From: Roseiarcus sp.
Lineage (GTDB): Bacteria > Pseudomonadota > Alphaproteobacteria > Rhizobiales > Beijerinckiaceae
Assembly: GCA_036521435.1 (NCBI GenBank)
Contig: DATDHT010000056.1
Coordinates: 1 to 62,509, forward strand
Direction: 5' to 3'
Length of the DNA: 62,509 nt
The number at the start of each line of letters is the position of its first letter. Within the stretch, counting starts at the first letter, position 1. Under the pieces are notes generated by a model, which was not told the origin of the DNA, ran no database searches, and worked only from the letters and a program-made list of their open reading frames with translations. Positions 18,094 to 27,877 of this stretch are shown one piece after another. The translations under genes and the position numbers were made by a program.

Positions 18094-18363
18094 TCAGTGC
18101 AGCCGGAATTCCGCGCCGACCGCCTTGAATTCCGTCGGCTTGATGAGTCGCGAATGCGCCACCGTCACCGAGTGGAGCAGACCGTCGAGCTCACGGGTCC
18201 AGAAGTCGAGAAACTTCTTGAGCTCGGGGAAGTGCGGGTGCAGGTCGTGATGCTGCCAGATGAAATTCTGCAGAATACCGGGGTGATCGGGCATGTGGTA
18301 AAGGATGTTGGCGGTCGTCAGCCCGAACCCCTCGAGCTGACGGCGGAATTCGGCGGTGGCCAT
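18094..18363 (-). CDS. usg: Usg family protein
   Basis: GFGLTTANILYHMPDHP..LQ.FIWQ..DL.P.FP.L..FL.FW...LDG.LHSV.VAH. Confidence 0.9.
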   Translation of the reverse strand: MATAEFRRQLEGFGLTTANILYHMPDHPGILQNFIWQHHDLHPHFPELKKFLDFWTRELDGLLHSVTVAHSRLIKPTEFKAVGAEFRLH

Positions 18364-18455
18364 GCGGGCGCTCCTGATTCCCAGAGTGCGATGGTGTCAC
18401 TTCCAACGCAGTCCGGCAATCATCAGTTCCGCAAAAATCGTGCCATTTCAGGCTG

Positions 18456-18481
18456 TTAGCAGCAAGGCTGCTGAGTGCTAG
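18456..18481. promoter_or_regulatory. CIRCE-like inverted repeat upstream of usg
   Basis: TTAGCAGCA-N8-GAGTGCTAG versus consensus TTAGCACTC-N9-GAGTGCTAA; one arm is near-perfect, the spacer is one nt short. Confidence 0.45.
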
Positions 18482-18539
18482 CGCAGGAAGAGGAACGCTG
18501 AACCCGCGAGCTTCTTTACGTTGAAGCGTCCGCGGCAGG

Positions 18540-20747
18540 TTACGCCGCCTTTCTCTTCTCACTGTAGGAGCCATAGAAGGTCTCGCCGCGCTCGGCCATC
18601 CCGATGAGCTTCTCGCCCGGCTCAAATTGCGGACCATATTTCGCTGCGAGCTCCTTGGCGCGCCCGACGAAGGCCTTGAGCCCCATGCCGTCGATGAAGG
18701 ACACGGCGCCGCCCGAATATGGCGCATAGCCAAAGCCGAGGATCGAACCGACATCGGCCTCGCGCGGATCGGTGACGATGCCCTCTTCCATGCAACGGGC
18801 GGCCTCGAGCGCCACAGTGAACAGGAAGCGATCCTTGAGGTCCTTGACGCTGATCGCGTCGGGATCGAGCCGCTTGCCGACGATCTTCGCCAGTCCAGGC
18901 CACAGGCTCTTCGGCCCATTCGCCGGATAGTCGTAGAACCCCTTGCCGTTCTTGCGGCCGAAGCGGCCTTCCTTGGCCGCCATCGCTTCGATGAGCTTCT
19001 CTTGGCCAGGATTGACGGCGTTCGCACCGAGGTCGGCCTTGGCCGCCCGAAGGATTCTCAAGCTCAGATCGATGCCGACTTCATCGTTGAGGGCGAGCGG
19101 CCCGACTGGCATGCCGGCCATCTTGGCGGCGTTCTCGATCATCGCCGGCGGCACGCCCTCCATCACCATCGCGTGCGCTTCAACCATGTAATTGCCGACG
19201 CAGCGGTTGACGTAGAAACCGCGGCAGTCGTTGACCACGATCGGCGTCTTCTTGATCGCGCGGACGAAATCCATCGCCGTCGCCAGCGCCTTCGCGTCGG
19301 TCTTCTCGCCCATGATGATCTCGGTCAGCAACATCTTCTCGACGGGCGAGAAGAAATGCACACCTATGAATTGCTCCGGCTTGAGCGATGTCCCCGCAAG
19401 CGACGTGATCGGCAGCGTCGATGTGTTGCTGGCGAATACGACGTCGGGTCCGACGACGGCTTGCGCCTTTTTCGTCGCCTCCTCTTTGGTCGCGCGATCC
19501 TCGAACACGGCCTCGATGATGAGATCGCAGCCCTTGAGCTGAGCATAGTCCGCGGTCGACGTGATGCGCGCGAGAAGCGCGTCTTTGTCTGCGGTCTTGG
19601 CGCGGCCCTTGGCGATTTGAGAACTGACGAGCTTGTCCGAATAAGCCTTGCCCTTGTCGGCCGATTCCTGGTCGCGGTCAATCAGCACGACATCGAGCCC
19701 GGCGTTCGCCGAAACGTAGGCGATGCCGGCGCCCATCAGGCCCGCGCCGAGCACCCCGACCTTGCGCAGGTTCGTCGCCGGCACGCTGGCTGGGCGGCGC
19801 GCGCCCTTGTTGAGTTCGCCCATCGACAGAAAGAGCGAACGGATCATCGCCGCCGCTTCCTTCGACAACAGGATATTGACGAAATGCTTCGCCTCGACGG
19901 CGAGCGCCAGGTCCATTGGCAGTTGTAGCCCTTCGAACACGCTCGTCAGAACCGCCTTGGCCGCCGGATAGTTGTCGTAAGTTTCGCGGCGATAGATGGC
20001 GTTGGCCGGCGGCCAGATCATCATGCCTTGAGGCGAAAAAACCTTGCCGGAAGGGAGCTTGAATTTCGGGTCGTCCCAGGGCGCCTTGGCGTTCGGATTC
20101 GCCTTCACCCACGCCTTAGCAAGCGCGACGATCTCACCGGCGGGCGCGACTTCGTGCACGAGGCTCATCTTCTTCGCGGCAGCAGGACGAAGCTGATCGC
20201 CCTTGAGCAGCATCTGTAGAGCATCCGGCGTTGGCATGAGCCGCGCGACGCGCTGCGTGCCGCCTGCGCCTGGAAAGAGGCCGACCTTGATCTCCGGCAG
20301 CCCGACGCGCACCTTGTCCGAATCCGCGACGACGCGGTAGTGGCACGCCAGCGCCAGCTCGAAACCGCCGCCCATGCACACGCCGTTGATCGCGGCGGCC
20401 ACAGGTTTACCACACGTCTCGAGGCGGCGATAGACGAGCGACAATTCCTTCGTCCCGTCGACGAGCGCGCGCATTGCGGCGTCTTTCCCTTCGGCTTTGG
20501 CGCGGCGCGCATATTCCTTGCCTGCGGTCTCCAACATGGTCAGGTCCGCCCCCGCCGCGAAGCCATCCTTGCCCGAGGTGAAGACGGCGCCCTTGATCGC
20601 TGGATCGCTTGCGATTGTGTCGGTGATCTGGCCGAACTCGCTCACGACCTCGGCGTTGATCACGTTCATCGACCGGCCCGGCATGTCCCAGGTCACAAGC
20701 GCAATGCCGTCCACGTCAGTCTCGAAACGAAAATTGGTCAGGTTCAT
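18540..20747 (-). CDS. Multifunctional enoyl-CoA hydratase / 3-hydroxyacyl-CoA dehydrogenase (FadB/FadJ-like)
   Basis: FAAGADL, GGGFELALAC, GLPEIKVGLFPGAGGTQR, GAGLMGAGIA, IIEAVFED, ASNTSTLPI, HFFSPV. Confidence 0.95.
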   Translation of the reverse strand: MNLTNFRFETDVDGIALVTWDMPGRSMNVINAEVVSEFGQITDTIASDPAIKGAVFTSGKDGFAAGADLTMLETAGKEYARRAKAEGKDAAMRALVDGTKELSLVYRRLETCGKPVAAAINGVCMGGGFELALACHYRVVADSDKVRVGLPEIKVGLFPGAGGTQRVARLMPTPDALQMLLKGDQLRPAAAKKMSLVHEVAPAGEIVALAKAWVKANPNAKAPWDDPKFKLPSGKVFSPQGMMIWPPANAIYRRETYDNYPAAKAVLTSVFEGLQLPMDLALAVEAKHFVNILLSKEAAAMIRSLFLSMGELNKGARRPASVPATNLRKVGVLGAGLMGAGIAYVSANAGLDVVLIDRDQESADKGKAYSDKLVSSQIAKGRAKTADKDALLARITSTADYAQLKGCDLIIEAVFEDRATKEEATKKAQAVVGPDVVFASNTSTLPITSLAGTSLKPEQFIGVHFFSPVEKMLLTEIIMGEKTDAKALATAMDFVRAIKKTPIVVNDCRGFYVNRCVGNYMVEAHAMVMEGVPPAMIENAAKMAGMPVGPLALNDEVGIDLSLRILRAAKADLGANAVNPGQEKLIEAMAAKEGRFGRKNGKGFYDYPANGPKSLWPGLAKIVGKRLDPDAISVKDLKDRFLFTVALEAARCMEEGIVTDPREADVGSILGFGYAPYSGGAVSFIDGMGLKAFVGRAKELAAKYGPQFEPGEKLIGMAERGETFYGSYSEKRKAA

Positions 20748-20770
20748 TTTGAGAAACCCTTGTCTCGTAA

Positions 20771-21979
20771 TCAGACACGCTCGATGATCGTGGCGGTGCC
20801 CATGCCGCCGCCTATGCACAGCGTGATGAGCGCCGTGCTCTTGCCGGTCCGCTCGAGCTCGTCGAGCGCGGTGCCGAGGATCATCGCGCCGGTCGCGCCG
20901 AGCGGATGGCCCATCGCAATCGCACCGCCGTTGACGTTGACCTTGCTGTCGTCGAGGTCGAACGCCTGGCGGAAGCGCAGCACGACCGAAGCGAACGCCT
21001 CGTTGATTTCGAAGAGATCGATGTCGTCGATCGTCATGCCCGAGCGTGCGAGCACCTTCCTGGTCACATCGACCGGTCCCGTGAGCATGATCGCGGGCTC
21101 GGAGCCGATGTTGGCGAAAGCGCGAATTTTCGCGCGCGGCTTGAGGCCCGCTTTCGCGCCCGCCTCACGTGAGCCCAGCAACACGGCGGCGGCGCCGTCG
21201 ACGATGCCCGACGAATTACCCGCGTGATGCACATGGATGATGCGCTCGACATCCGGATGCGCCTGGACGGCGACCGCGTCGAAGCCGCCTTGCTCGCCGG
21301 GGATGACGAACGAAGGCTTGAGGGAGGCTAGCGACTGCATGTTCGTGTCAGGGCGCATATGCTCATCGCGCTCCAGCATCGGCAGGCCATTGACGTCGAG
21401 GACCGGGGCGATCGAGTTCTTGAACCGGCCTTCCTTCCAGGCCGCAGCGGCGCGCTTCTGGGACTCGACCGCGTAAGCGTCGACGTCATCGCGCGAGAAG
21501 CCGTATTTCGTCGCCATCAAATCCGCCGAGACGCCCTGAGGCATGAAATAGGCGGGGATTGCGAGCGAGGGATCAGCCGGCCAAGCGCCGCCGGACGCGC
21601 CGATGCCGACGCGGCTCATCGACTCGACGCCCCCTCCAATCGTGAGGTCGTGCTGGCCGCTCATCACTTGAGCAGCGGCGAAATTCACCGAATCGAGGCC
21701 CGACGCGCAGAACCGGTTGATCTGCACGCCCGGCACCGTGTCGCCGAAGCCCGCGGCAAGCGCGCCCATGCGCGCGATATCGCCGCCGGCTTCCCCGACC
21801 GGATCGACGCAACCCATCACGACGTCGTCGACATCGACGGGGTCAAGATGGTTGCGATCCTTGATGGCCTTCAACGCTGTCGCGGCCAGATGGAGCGTCG
21901 AAGCGGTGTGCAGCGAGCCATCGGGCTTGCCGCGTCCGCGCGGCGTTCGCACGTGGTCGTAGATGATGGCTTCGGTCAT
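20771..21979 (-). CDS. Acetyl-CoA C-acyltransferase (thiolase)
   Basis: INRFCASGL, GGVESMS, EINEAFA, GHPLGATG, LCIGGGMG. Confidence 0.95.
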   Translation of the reverse strand: MTEAIIYDHVRTPRGRGKPDGSLHTASTLHLAATALKAIKDRNHLDPVDVDDVVMGCVDPVGEAGGDIARMGALAAGFGDTVPGVQINRFCASGLDSVNFAAAQVMSGQHDLTIGGGVESMSRVGIGASGGAWPADPSLAIPAYFMPQGVSADLMATKYGFSRDDVDAYAVESQKRAAAAWKEGRFKNSIAPVLDVNGLPMLERDEHMRPDTNMQSLASLKPSFVIPGEQGGFDAVAVQAHPDVERIIHVHHAGNSSGIVDGAAAVLLGSREAGAKAGLKPRAKIRAFANIGSEPAIMLTGPVDVTRKVLARSGMTIDDIDLFEINEAFASVVLRFRQAFDLDDSKVNVNGGAIAMGHPLGATGAMILGTALDELERTGKSTALITLCIGGGMGTATIIERV

Positions 21980-22015
21980 CGTGTCTCTCCATGCGGCTCG
22001 CGAGCCGCGCAGTGC

Positions 22016-22456
22016 TTAGGTTTCGTGATCCGGATGCTGGTGCGAATGTATGCCGCGGCCGTTAATTGCGGCCGTGAACTCTCGAACGGGCAGGCTTGAT
22101 ATGGCGTCGGCCCACGGCAATTTCGACTCCGAGCCGAACTGCTTCTCGGGCGGCGCGTCGCCGGCCTGGTCGAGGCTGCCGATCGTCACGGCGATGCGGT
22201 CATGGCTCCTGGCGCGGTAGGTCAGCGGCGTCCCGCAATCGGAGCAGAAACCGCGTTCCGCGAAGTCCGAGCTGGCGAAGACTTTCGGCGCGCCGCGCGT
22301 CCACACGAGTTCGGCGAGCTTCACTCCGGCGAAAGCCATGAACGGGCCGCCGCCGGCCTTCTGGCACATGCGGCAATGACAAACGTTCGAGCCCACCGGT
22401 TCGGCGTCGAGACGGTAGCGTACAGCCCCGCACTGGCATCCGCCGGTCCAGTTCAT
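22016..22456 (-). CDS. GFA (CENP-V) family Zn-binding protein
   Basis: GGCQCGAVRY, CHCRMCQK, RGFCSDCGTPL; start taken at MNWTGG. Confidence 0.9.
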   Translation of the reverse strand: MNWTGGCQCGAVRYRLDAEPVGSNVCHCRMCQKAGGGPFMAFAGVKLAELVWTRGAPKVFASSDFAERGFCSDCGTPLTYRARSHDRIAVTIGSLDQAGDAPPEKQFGSESKLPWADAISSLPVREFTAAINGRGIHSHQHPDHET

Positions 22457-22473
22457 GGCCGCCGCCTCCCGCT

Positions 22474-24264
22474 TCAGAACGCCTCCGCCGGGAGCGCCAT
22501 GAGGGCCTCCGCGCCGGCGCTGAGCCGCGCCAGATGCGCCGCCGTTTCCGGCAGCATACGCTCGTTGAAGAACTTGGCGAGGATCAATTTCGCGTCGAGG
22601 GCAGGGGTGCTCTCGCCGCTTGCCTGTCGCGCCAACACCGCCTTGACGATCCGCGCCCACATGTAGCCGAGCGCGGTCAGGCCCATGAGATGCATATAAT
22701 CATACGAGCCAGCCCCGGCGTTATCTGGATTCTTGAGTCCGTTGGCCTGAAGCCACATCGTCGCCTGCTGCAGATGGCCGAGCGAGGACTTGAGCCCGCC
22801 GAGATAAGGCGCAAGGGCGGCGTCATCCTTGTTGGCGGCGAGGAAACCATTGATTTCGCCGAAGAACGCCATCACTGCGCGGCCGCCGTCCTTCGCCAGC
22901 TTTCGGCCGACGAGATCCAGCGCCTGCACGCCATTCGCGCCTTCGTAAATCATCGCAATGCGCGCATCGCGCACGAATTGTTCCATGCCCCATTCGGCGA
23001 TATAGCCGTGGCCGCCAAGCACCTGCTGCGCCTTGACCGCGTTGGCGAATCCAAAGTCGGTGAACACGCCCTTGAGCACGGGCGTGATCAAGCCGAGCCG
23101 ATCTTCCGCCGCTTGCTTTGTCTTCGCATCCGGGGCGTGGCGCGCCTCGTCTTCGGCGAGCGCGGTCCAGACCAGAAGCGCGCGCGCCGCTTCGTTGAAA
23201 GCGCGGATTTCAAGCAGCATGCGCCGCACGTCTGGGTGGACCAGGAGGAGATCCGCAGGCTTGTCCGGCGCGGCTGCGCCTTTCAGCGAGCGTCCCTGCC
23301 GGCGCTCTTTCGCGTAAGCCGCTGCGTTCTGATAGGCGACCTCGGAAATTCCGAGACCCTGGACGGCGACGCCGAGTCTCGCGCCATTCATCATCACGAA
23401 CATCGCGGGTAAGCCGCGATGCTCTTCCCCGACCAGCCAGCCTTTGGCGCCGTCATAGTTGAGGACCGCGGTCGAATTGCCGTGAATGCCCATCTTGTGC
23501 TCGATCGAGCCGCAGACGACGGCGTTGCGTTCGCCTGCGCCGCCTTCGGAATTCGGCAGGAACTTCGGCACGAGGAAGAGCGAGATGCCCTTTGTGCCGG
23601 CCGGCGCTCCCTCGATGCGCGCGAGCACGAGATGCACGATGTTGTCCGTCAGATCATGCTCACCGGCCGAGATGAAAATCTTCTGGCCGGTGATCGCATA
23701 GGAGCCGTCTGCTTGCGGGACGGCCTTCGTCTTGATGAGGCCGAGATCGGTGCCGCACTGCGGTTCGGTCAGGTTCATCGTGCCGGCCCACTCGCCGACG
23801 GTCAGCTTGGGCAGATAGCGCGCTTTCAGGGCATCGTCGCCGTGCGCCATCAGCGCCGCGACGGCGCCGCGGGTGAGGCCCGGATACATCGAGAAGGCGA
23901 GATTGGCGGAGCACTCATATTCGCCGAAGAGGGCGCCGACGAACATGGGAAGACCCTGACCGCCGTATGCGGGATCGCCAGCAAGTCCGACCCAGCCGCC
24001 TTCGACCAGGGCCTTATAAGCCTGCTTGAAACCCTTAGGGGTGACGACGCTGCCATCGCCCTGCCGCTTGCAGCCTTCAATGTCGCCAGTTCGGTTGAGG
24101 GGCTGAATGACCTCCTCAACGAACTTCGCGCCTTCGCTGAGCACCGCCTCGACAACGTCAATCGGCGCCTCGGAAAAGCCTGGGCTGTTCGCATATTTGG
24201 CGTAGTCGAACACGTCGCTCAGTAAAAATACGGTGTCGCTCACCGGCGCTTTGTAAGTCGGCAT
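22474..24264 (-). CDS. Acyl-CoA dehydrogenase
   Basis: GTMNLTEPQCGTDLG, GQKIFIS, EHKMGIHG, MFVMMNGARL, IYEGANGVQALDL. Confidence 0.95.
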   Translation of the reverse strand: MPTYKAPVSDTVFLLSDVFDYAKYANSPGFSEAPIDVVEAVLSEGAKFVEEVIQPLNRTGDIEGCKRQGDGSVVTPKGFKQAYKALVEGGWVGLAGDPAYGGQGLPMFVGALFGEYECSANLAFSMYPGLTRGAVAALMAHGDDALKARYLPKLTVGEWAGTMNLTEPQCGTDLGLIKTKAVPQADGSYAITGQKIFISAGEHDLTDNIVHLVLARIEGAPAGTKGISLFLVPKFLPNSEGGAGERNAVVCGSIEHKMGIHGNSTAVLNYDGAKGWLVGEEHRGLPAMFVMMNGARLGVAVQGLGISEVAYQNAAAYAKERRQGRSLKGAAAPDKPADLLLVHPDVRRMLLEIRAFNEAARALLVWTALAEDEARHAPDAKTKQAAEDRLGLITPVLKGVFTDFGFANAVKAQQVLGGHGYIAEWGMEQFVRDARIAMIYEGANGVQALDLVGRKLAKDGGRAVMAFFGEINGFLAANKDDAALAPYLGGLKSSLGHLQQATMWLQANGLKNPDNAGAGSYDYMHLMGLTALGYMWARIVKAVLARQASGESTPALDAKLILAKFFNERMLPETAAHLARLSAGAEALMALPAEAF

Positions 24265-24305
24265 TCCGCTACCTCATACGCGCGCGAGCCAGTTTGCGCG
24301 GCTCG

Positions 24306-24333
24306 ATTGATCAATTAAGTTCATATGTGAACT
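24306..24333. promoter_or_regulatory. Palindromic operator candidates upstream of the beta-oxidation cluster
   Basis: ATTGATCAAT (24306-24315) and AGTTCA-TATG-TGAACT (24318-24333) in an AT-rich patch about 40-70 nt from the start codon. Confidence 0.5.
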
Positions 24334-24390
24334 ATATTGGGAAGCAGCGCAAGGAGAATTGTGTCGCTCGTCGGCGTGCGCCGCCGCACG

Positions 24391-26148
24391 TCAAGGACTC
24401 CCTGCTTTGCCAGTCGCCGGCGCCGTTGGGTCTGCCGAACTTGGCGCGCCGTCGAGCGATCGCAGTCCGGCGTTCGCCCCGAGCCACTCCGCGAAATCTT
24501 TTGGACATTCGGACGCCGCGAGGCGGAAGAGGCGGCCCGCATCCGCCTTGCCGCCGTTGAGCAAAGCCAGTTCGCCGCCATAGAAACGCGCCTGGCACAA
24601 CTGGCCCCTGGCCTTGACGGGATCAGGGTCGGATGCGCTTGCCAGCAGAGCGGCGAGGTCCATCTCCCCCATGAAGTGGCGGACCACAGGGGCGGGCCAT
24701 GCCGTCATGTCGAGCTTTGCACTCAAAGCCAGAAGCCGGCTGGGGAGCCTGTTGCGGCGCTCGGCGATATCCAGCCAAATCGCCGCATAGGCGTTTTTTG
24801 GATCGAGTTCGTTCGCCTGAACGAGGTCGGCCTCAGCGTCTGCAACAGGCCCTTTCTCGAGCAGCGTCATTCCGCGGTTGAAGAAAGCGTGCGCGTCCTT
24901 CGGATTGAGCCTGATTGCCTCGTCAAAGTCGCCGATCGCCAGGTCGTAGTCGCCCTTGCCGTTGCGGGATAAGCCGCGATACTTGAAGTCGGCGGAGTTT
25001 TTCGGATCGAGCTTGATCGCTTCATCAAAGTCGGCGATCGCTCGGTCGTACTCGCGCTTCAAAAACCACGCCCTGCCGCGATTGAAGAAGGCTGCGGCGA
25101 ATTTCGGATCGAGCGCGACGGCCTCCCCAAAGTCGGCGATCGCCCCATCGTTGTCGCGCTTCGCAAGCCGGGCATTGCCTCGATTGTTGAAAGCAGCAGC
25201 ACCTTTCGGATCGAGCCGGATAGCCTCGTCCTCGTCCACGATCGCCTGGTCGTAGTCGCCCTGATTATACCGGCTCAGGCCGCGATTGTTGAAGGCGCCG
25301 GCGTTTCTCGGATTGAGCTTGATCGCCTCGTCGTAATCGGCGATCGCCCCATCGTTGTCGCCCTTGTTGGAGCGGCTCAGACCGCGATTGTTAAAAGTAT
25401 CTGCGTCTTTCGGATCGAGCTTGATGGCTTCGTCGTAGTCGCTAATTGCTCGATCATTATCGCCTTTGTGGCGCTCGGCATTGCCACGAATGACGAAGGC
25501 TGAGGCGACTTTTGGATTGAGCCTTATAGCCTCGCTGAGATCGGCGATGGCCCGATCGTTGTCGCCCTTGTTCTGCCAAGCCTGGCCACGAGTCATAAAG
25601 GCCAAGGCGTCTTTCGGATCGAGCTTGATGGCTTCGTCGTAGTCGCTGATTGCTCGATCACTGTCGCCTTTGTCGCGCTCGGCGTTGCCACGAATGACGA
25701 AGGCGGCGGCAACTTTCGGATTGAGCCTTATGCTCTCGCTAAAATCGGCGATCGCGCGGTCGTTGTCGCCCTTCGCGCGCCAGGCGCGACCGCGATTATA
25801 AAATGCAACGGCGTATCTCGGATTGAGTTTGATGGCCTCGTCAAAGTCCGCGATCGCGCGGTCGCTCTCGCCCTTATCATTCCAGCCATTACCGCGATTG
25901 TTGAACGCGTACGAGAGCGCGACGCCGCGCAACCTGCCCGATTGGATCACGCCGGCGCAGGCGGCGATGAGATCATCCGCAGCCACAGGCTTCGTGTTGT
26001 TGAGGCAAAGGGTGGCGTCGTCCGATCGTTGCATATTCGCGCCCATGGCGGCGATCGTCCCGAGCACCCATGCGGCGCCGGCAATCAGCGCCCATAGCCC
26101 TCGGATGCTCGTCCCACGCCGTGAGCGGAAAGCCCGCGCTTCGCTCAT
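24391..26148 (-). CDS. Exported tetratricopeptide-repeat protein with NlpI-like C-terminus
   Basis: Hydrophobic N-terminus, about 11 34-aa repeats (AF.NRG.A...KGD.D.AIAD.DEAI.L.PK), C-terminal WPAPVV...LCQARFY.G. Confidence 0.9.
   Translation of the reverse strand: MSEARAFRSRRGTSIRGLWALIAGAAWVLGTIAAMGANMQRSDDATLCLNNTKPVAADDLIAACAGVIQSGRLRGVALSYAFNNRGNGWNDKGESDRAIADFDEAIKLNPRYAVAFYNRGRAWRAKGDNDRAIADFSESIRLNPKVAAAFVIRGNAERDKGDSDRAISDYDEAIKLDPKDALAFMTRGQAWQNKGDNDRAIADLSEAIRLNPKVASAFVIRGNAERHKGDNDRAISDYDEAIKLDPKDADTFNNRGLSRSNKGDNDGAIADYDEAIKLNPRNAGAFNNRGLSRYNQGDYDQAIVDEDEAIRLDPKGAAAFNNRGNARLAKRDNDGAIADFGEAVALDPKFAAAFFNRGRAWFLKREYDRAIADFDEAIKLDPKNSADFKYRGLSRNGKGDYDLAIGDFDEAIRLNPKDAHAFFNRGMTLLEKGPVADAEADLVQANELDPKNAYAAIWLDIAERRNRLPSRLLALSAKLDMTAWPAPVVRHFMGEMDLAALLASASDPDPVKARGQLCQARFYGGELALLNGGKADAGRLFRLAASECPKDFAEWLGANAGLRSLDGAPSSADPTAPATGKAGSP
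25403..25770. repeat. Intragenic 204-bp-period tandem duplication (two TPR units)
   Basis: GCGTCTTTCGGATCGAGCTTGATGGCTTCGTCGTAGTCGCT occurs at 25403 and 25607, and high identity continues for about 100 nt. The right boundary is approximate. Confidence 0.8.
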
Positions 26149-26363
26149 CTGGAAATTCCCTCTTCATATGAAACGCCGAATTGAAATGTGCCTAGCGTCA
26201 GCAAATCCTGATTTGGGTGTCAAGGGACCGACGGCCGTCCCATGCGCGCTTTCCAGGAGGACCCTTGACTAAGTTCAGAGGGAGCCTTTGTCGTGCTCAG
26301 GTGACGGTTTTCTCGCGGTTGCCGGTTCGCTAATATCATACAGCGCCATGGGGGAGCGTCCGA

Positions 26364-27419
26364 ATGGATCGACCGCGCAGATTTGACGGGCTGGGACGCG
26401 CGACCCTGCGATGGGTCATTGCAGCGTATGTCTTGGCGATGGCCGGCCTCGCCCATTCGGCCGGGTCATCGCCGACTTTGACGGCGGTCAAAGCGCGCGG
26501 AGCGCTTGTCTGCGGGGTGAATGAGGGGCTGCCAGGGTTCTCCAACGTCGACGAACGCGGAATATGGACGGGATTTGACGTCGACTTCTGCCGTGCGATC
26601 GCGGCTGCAATCTTTGGCGATCCGAGGAAGGTCAAGCTCGTGCCGCTGTCAGCGGACGCCCGGTTTCAGGCGCTTCGGGACGGCAAAATTGACGTTCTTG
26701 CGCGCAACTCGACCTGGACCATGGGGCGCGAAACCGAGTTTGGCCTCACCTTCGTTGGCGCGACCTATTATGACGGGCAAGGATTCATGGTCCCGCGGGC
26801 GCTCCGGGTGAATTCCGCGCTCCAACTCGACGGCGCCAAGGTCTGCGTGCAGAGCGGCACCACGACAATCGACAATCTTGCCGACTTCTTCACGAGCAAC
26901 GGCATGACGCTCCAGGAGGTCGTCTCCGCGTCCACCGACGAATCGATCAAGAACTACGCCGCCGGTCTTTGTTCTGTCCTGACCAGCGATCTCTCGCAGC
27001 TCTACGCCTTACGACTTCGTCTCGCCAAACCCAGGGATCAGCTGATCCTGCCGGACGTGATCTCCAAGGAGCCCCTCGGCCCGGTGGTGCGCAACAATGA
27101 CCTGCAATGGATCAGCGTCGTAAGGTGGGTCTATTTCGCCATGCTGAACGCCGAGGAGCTTGGCGTAAGTTCGCGGACTATCGACCAGGCCTTGAGATCG
27201 CAGAAGCCCGAGGTCAAGCGCCTGGTCGGAACAACGGGAAATTTCGGGGAAGAGATAGGGTTAACCAACGCCTGGGCGGCCAACGTCATTCGATATGTCG
27301 GCAATTACGGCGAAGTTTTTGAGCGCAATCTGGGCGCCGCAACCCCGCTCGCCATTCCGCGGGGTCTCAATCAGCTGTGGAGCGCCGGCGGCATTCAATA
27401 TGCCCCGCCGATTCGATGA
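26364..27419 (+). CDS. aapJ: General L-amino acid ABC transporter substrate-binding protein (AapJ/BztA-like)
   Basis: TL.AVKARG.L.CGV..GLPGFS, GFDVDFCRA, RNSTWT..R, YDGQGFMV, ISKEPLGP, VGNYGE.FERN, GGIQYAPPIR. Confidence 0.9.
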   Translation: MDRPRRFDGLGRATLRWVIAAYVLAMAGLAHSAGSSPTLTAVKARGALVCGVNEGLPGFSNVDERGIWTGFDVDFCRAIAAAIFGDPRKVKLVPLSADARFQALRDGKIDVLARNSTWTMGRETEFGLTFVGATYYDGQGFMVPRALRVNSALQLDGAKVCVQSGTTTIDNLADFFTSNGMTLQEVVSASTDESIKNYAAGLCSVLTSDLSQLYALRLRLAKPRDQLILPDVISKEPLGPVVRNNDLQWISVVRWVYFAMLNAEELGVSSRTIDQALRSQKPEVKRLVGTTGNFGEEIGLTNAWAANVIRYVGNYGEVFERNLGAATPLAIPRGLNQLWSAGGIQYAPPIR

Positions 27420-27439
27420 CGGATAGCCAAGGCAGCGGC

Positions 27440-27676
27440 TTAAGGCGACGGCTCCCGTAAGCGCGGTTTTTCGCACTCCCGCTTCATCGACGCCAGAGGG
27501 CTGGCGTAAGCCTCTTGGCGATCCACGCTCCAGTAGCGTAGCTCGTCCAGGGGGATCGGCTCGCCGGTCACGGCGCAGCGCACGTAAGCGCCCGGCCGGA
27601 GGATACGAAAATCGCCGTCAAGGAATTCAACCTTCGCTTCGCCGGTGTCGACTGGTCGACGCTCGAATCTGTTCAT
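27440..27676 (-). CDS. DUF2093-like small protein
   Basis: DGDFRILRPGAYVRCAVTGEPIPLDELRYWSVDRQEAY. Confidence 0.85.
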   Translation of the reverse strand: MNRFERRPVDTGEAKVEFLDGDFRILRPGAYVRCAVTGEPIPLDELRYWSVDRQEAYASPLASMKRECEKPRLREPSP

Positions 27677-27877
27677 CTGAAGGATCCTGACTTGGCTGTT
27701 CTATGCCATGACGCACTCGACAAGGGAACCGCGACGTTGCCATGGATTCGCAAGCGCTCTGGACAAGAAATAACCTCTCTGCTAAACGCCCCGCAACTTG
27801 CGCACCGCGGTGTCAGCGAATGCGCGCGCCAATTTTCGGATCTCTCGAGGCTCGGGCCTCAGAATACAGGATAGTCC

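Noticed and set aside
24900-25900. CRISPR-like periodic repeats
   Set aside because: The period is 102 bp, in frame within a TPR coding sequence; there are no unique spacers and no cas genes.
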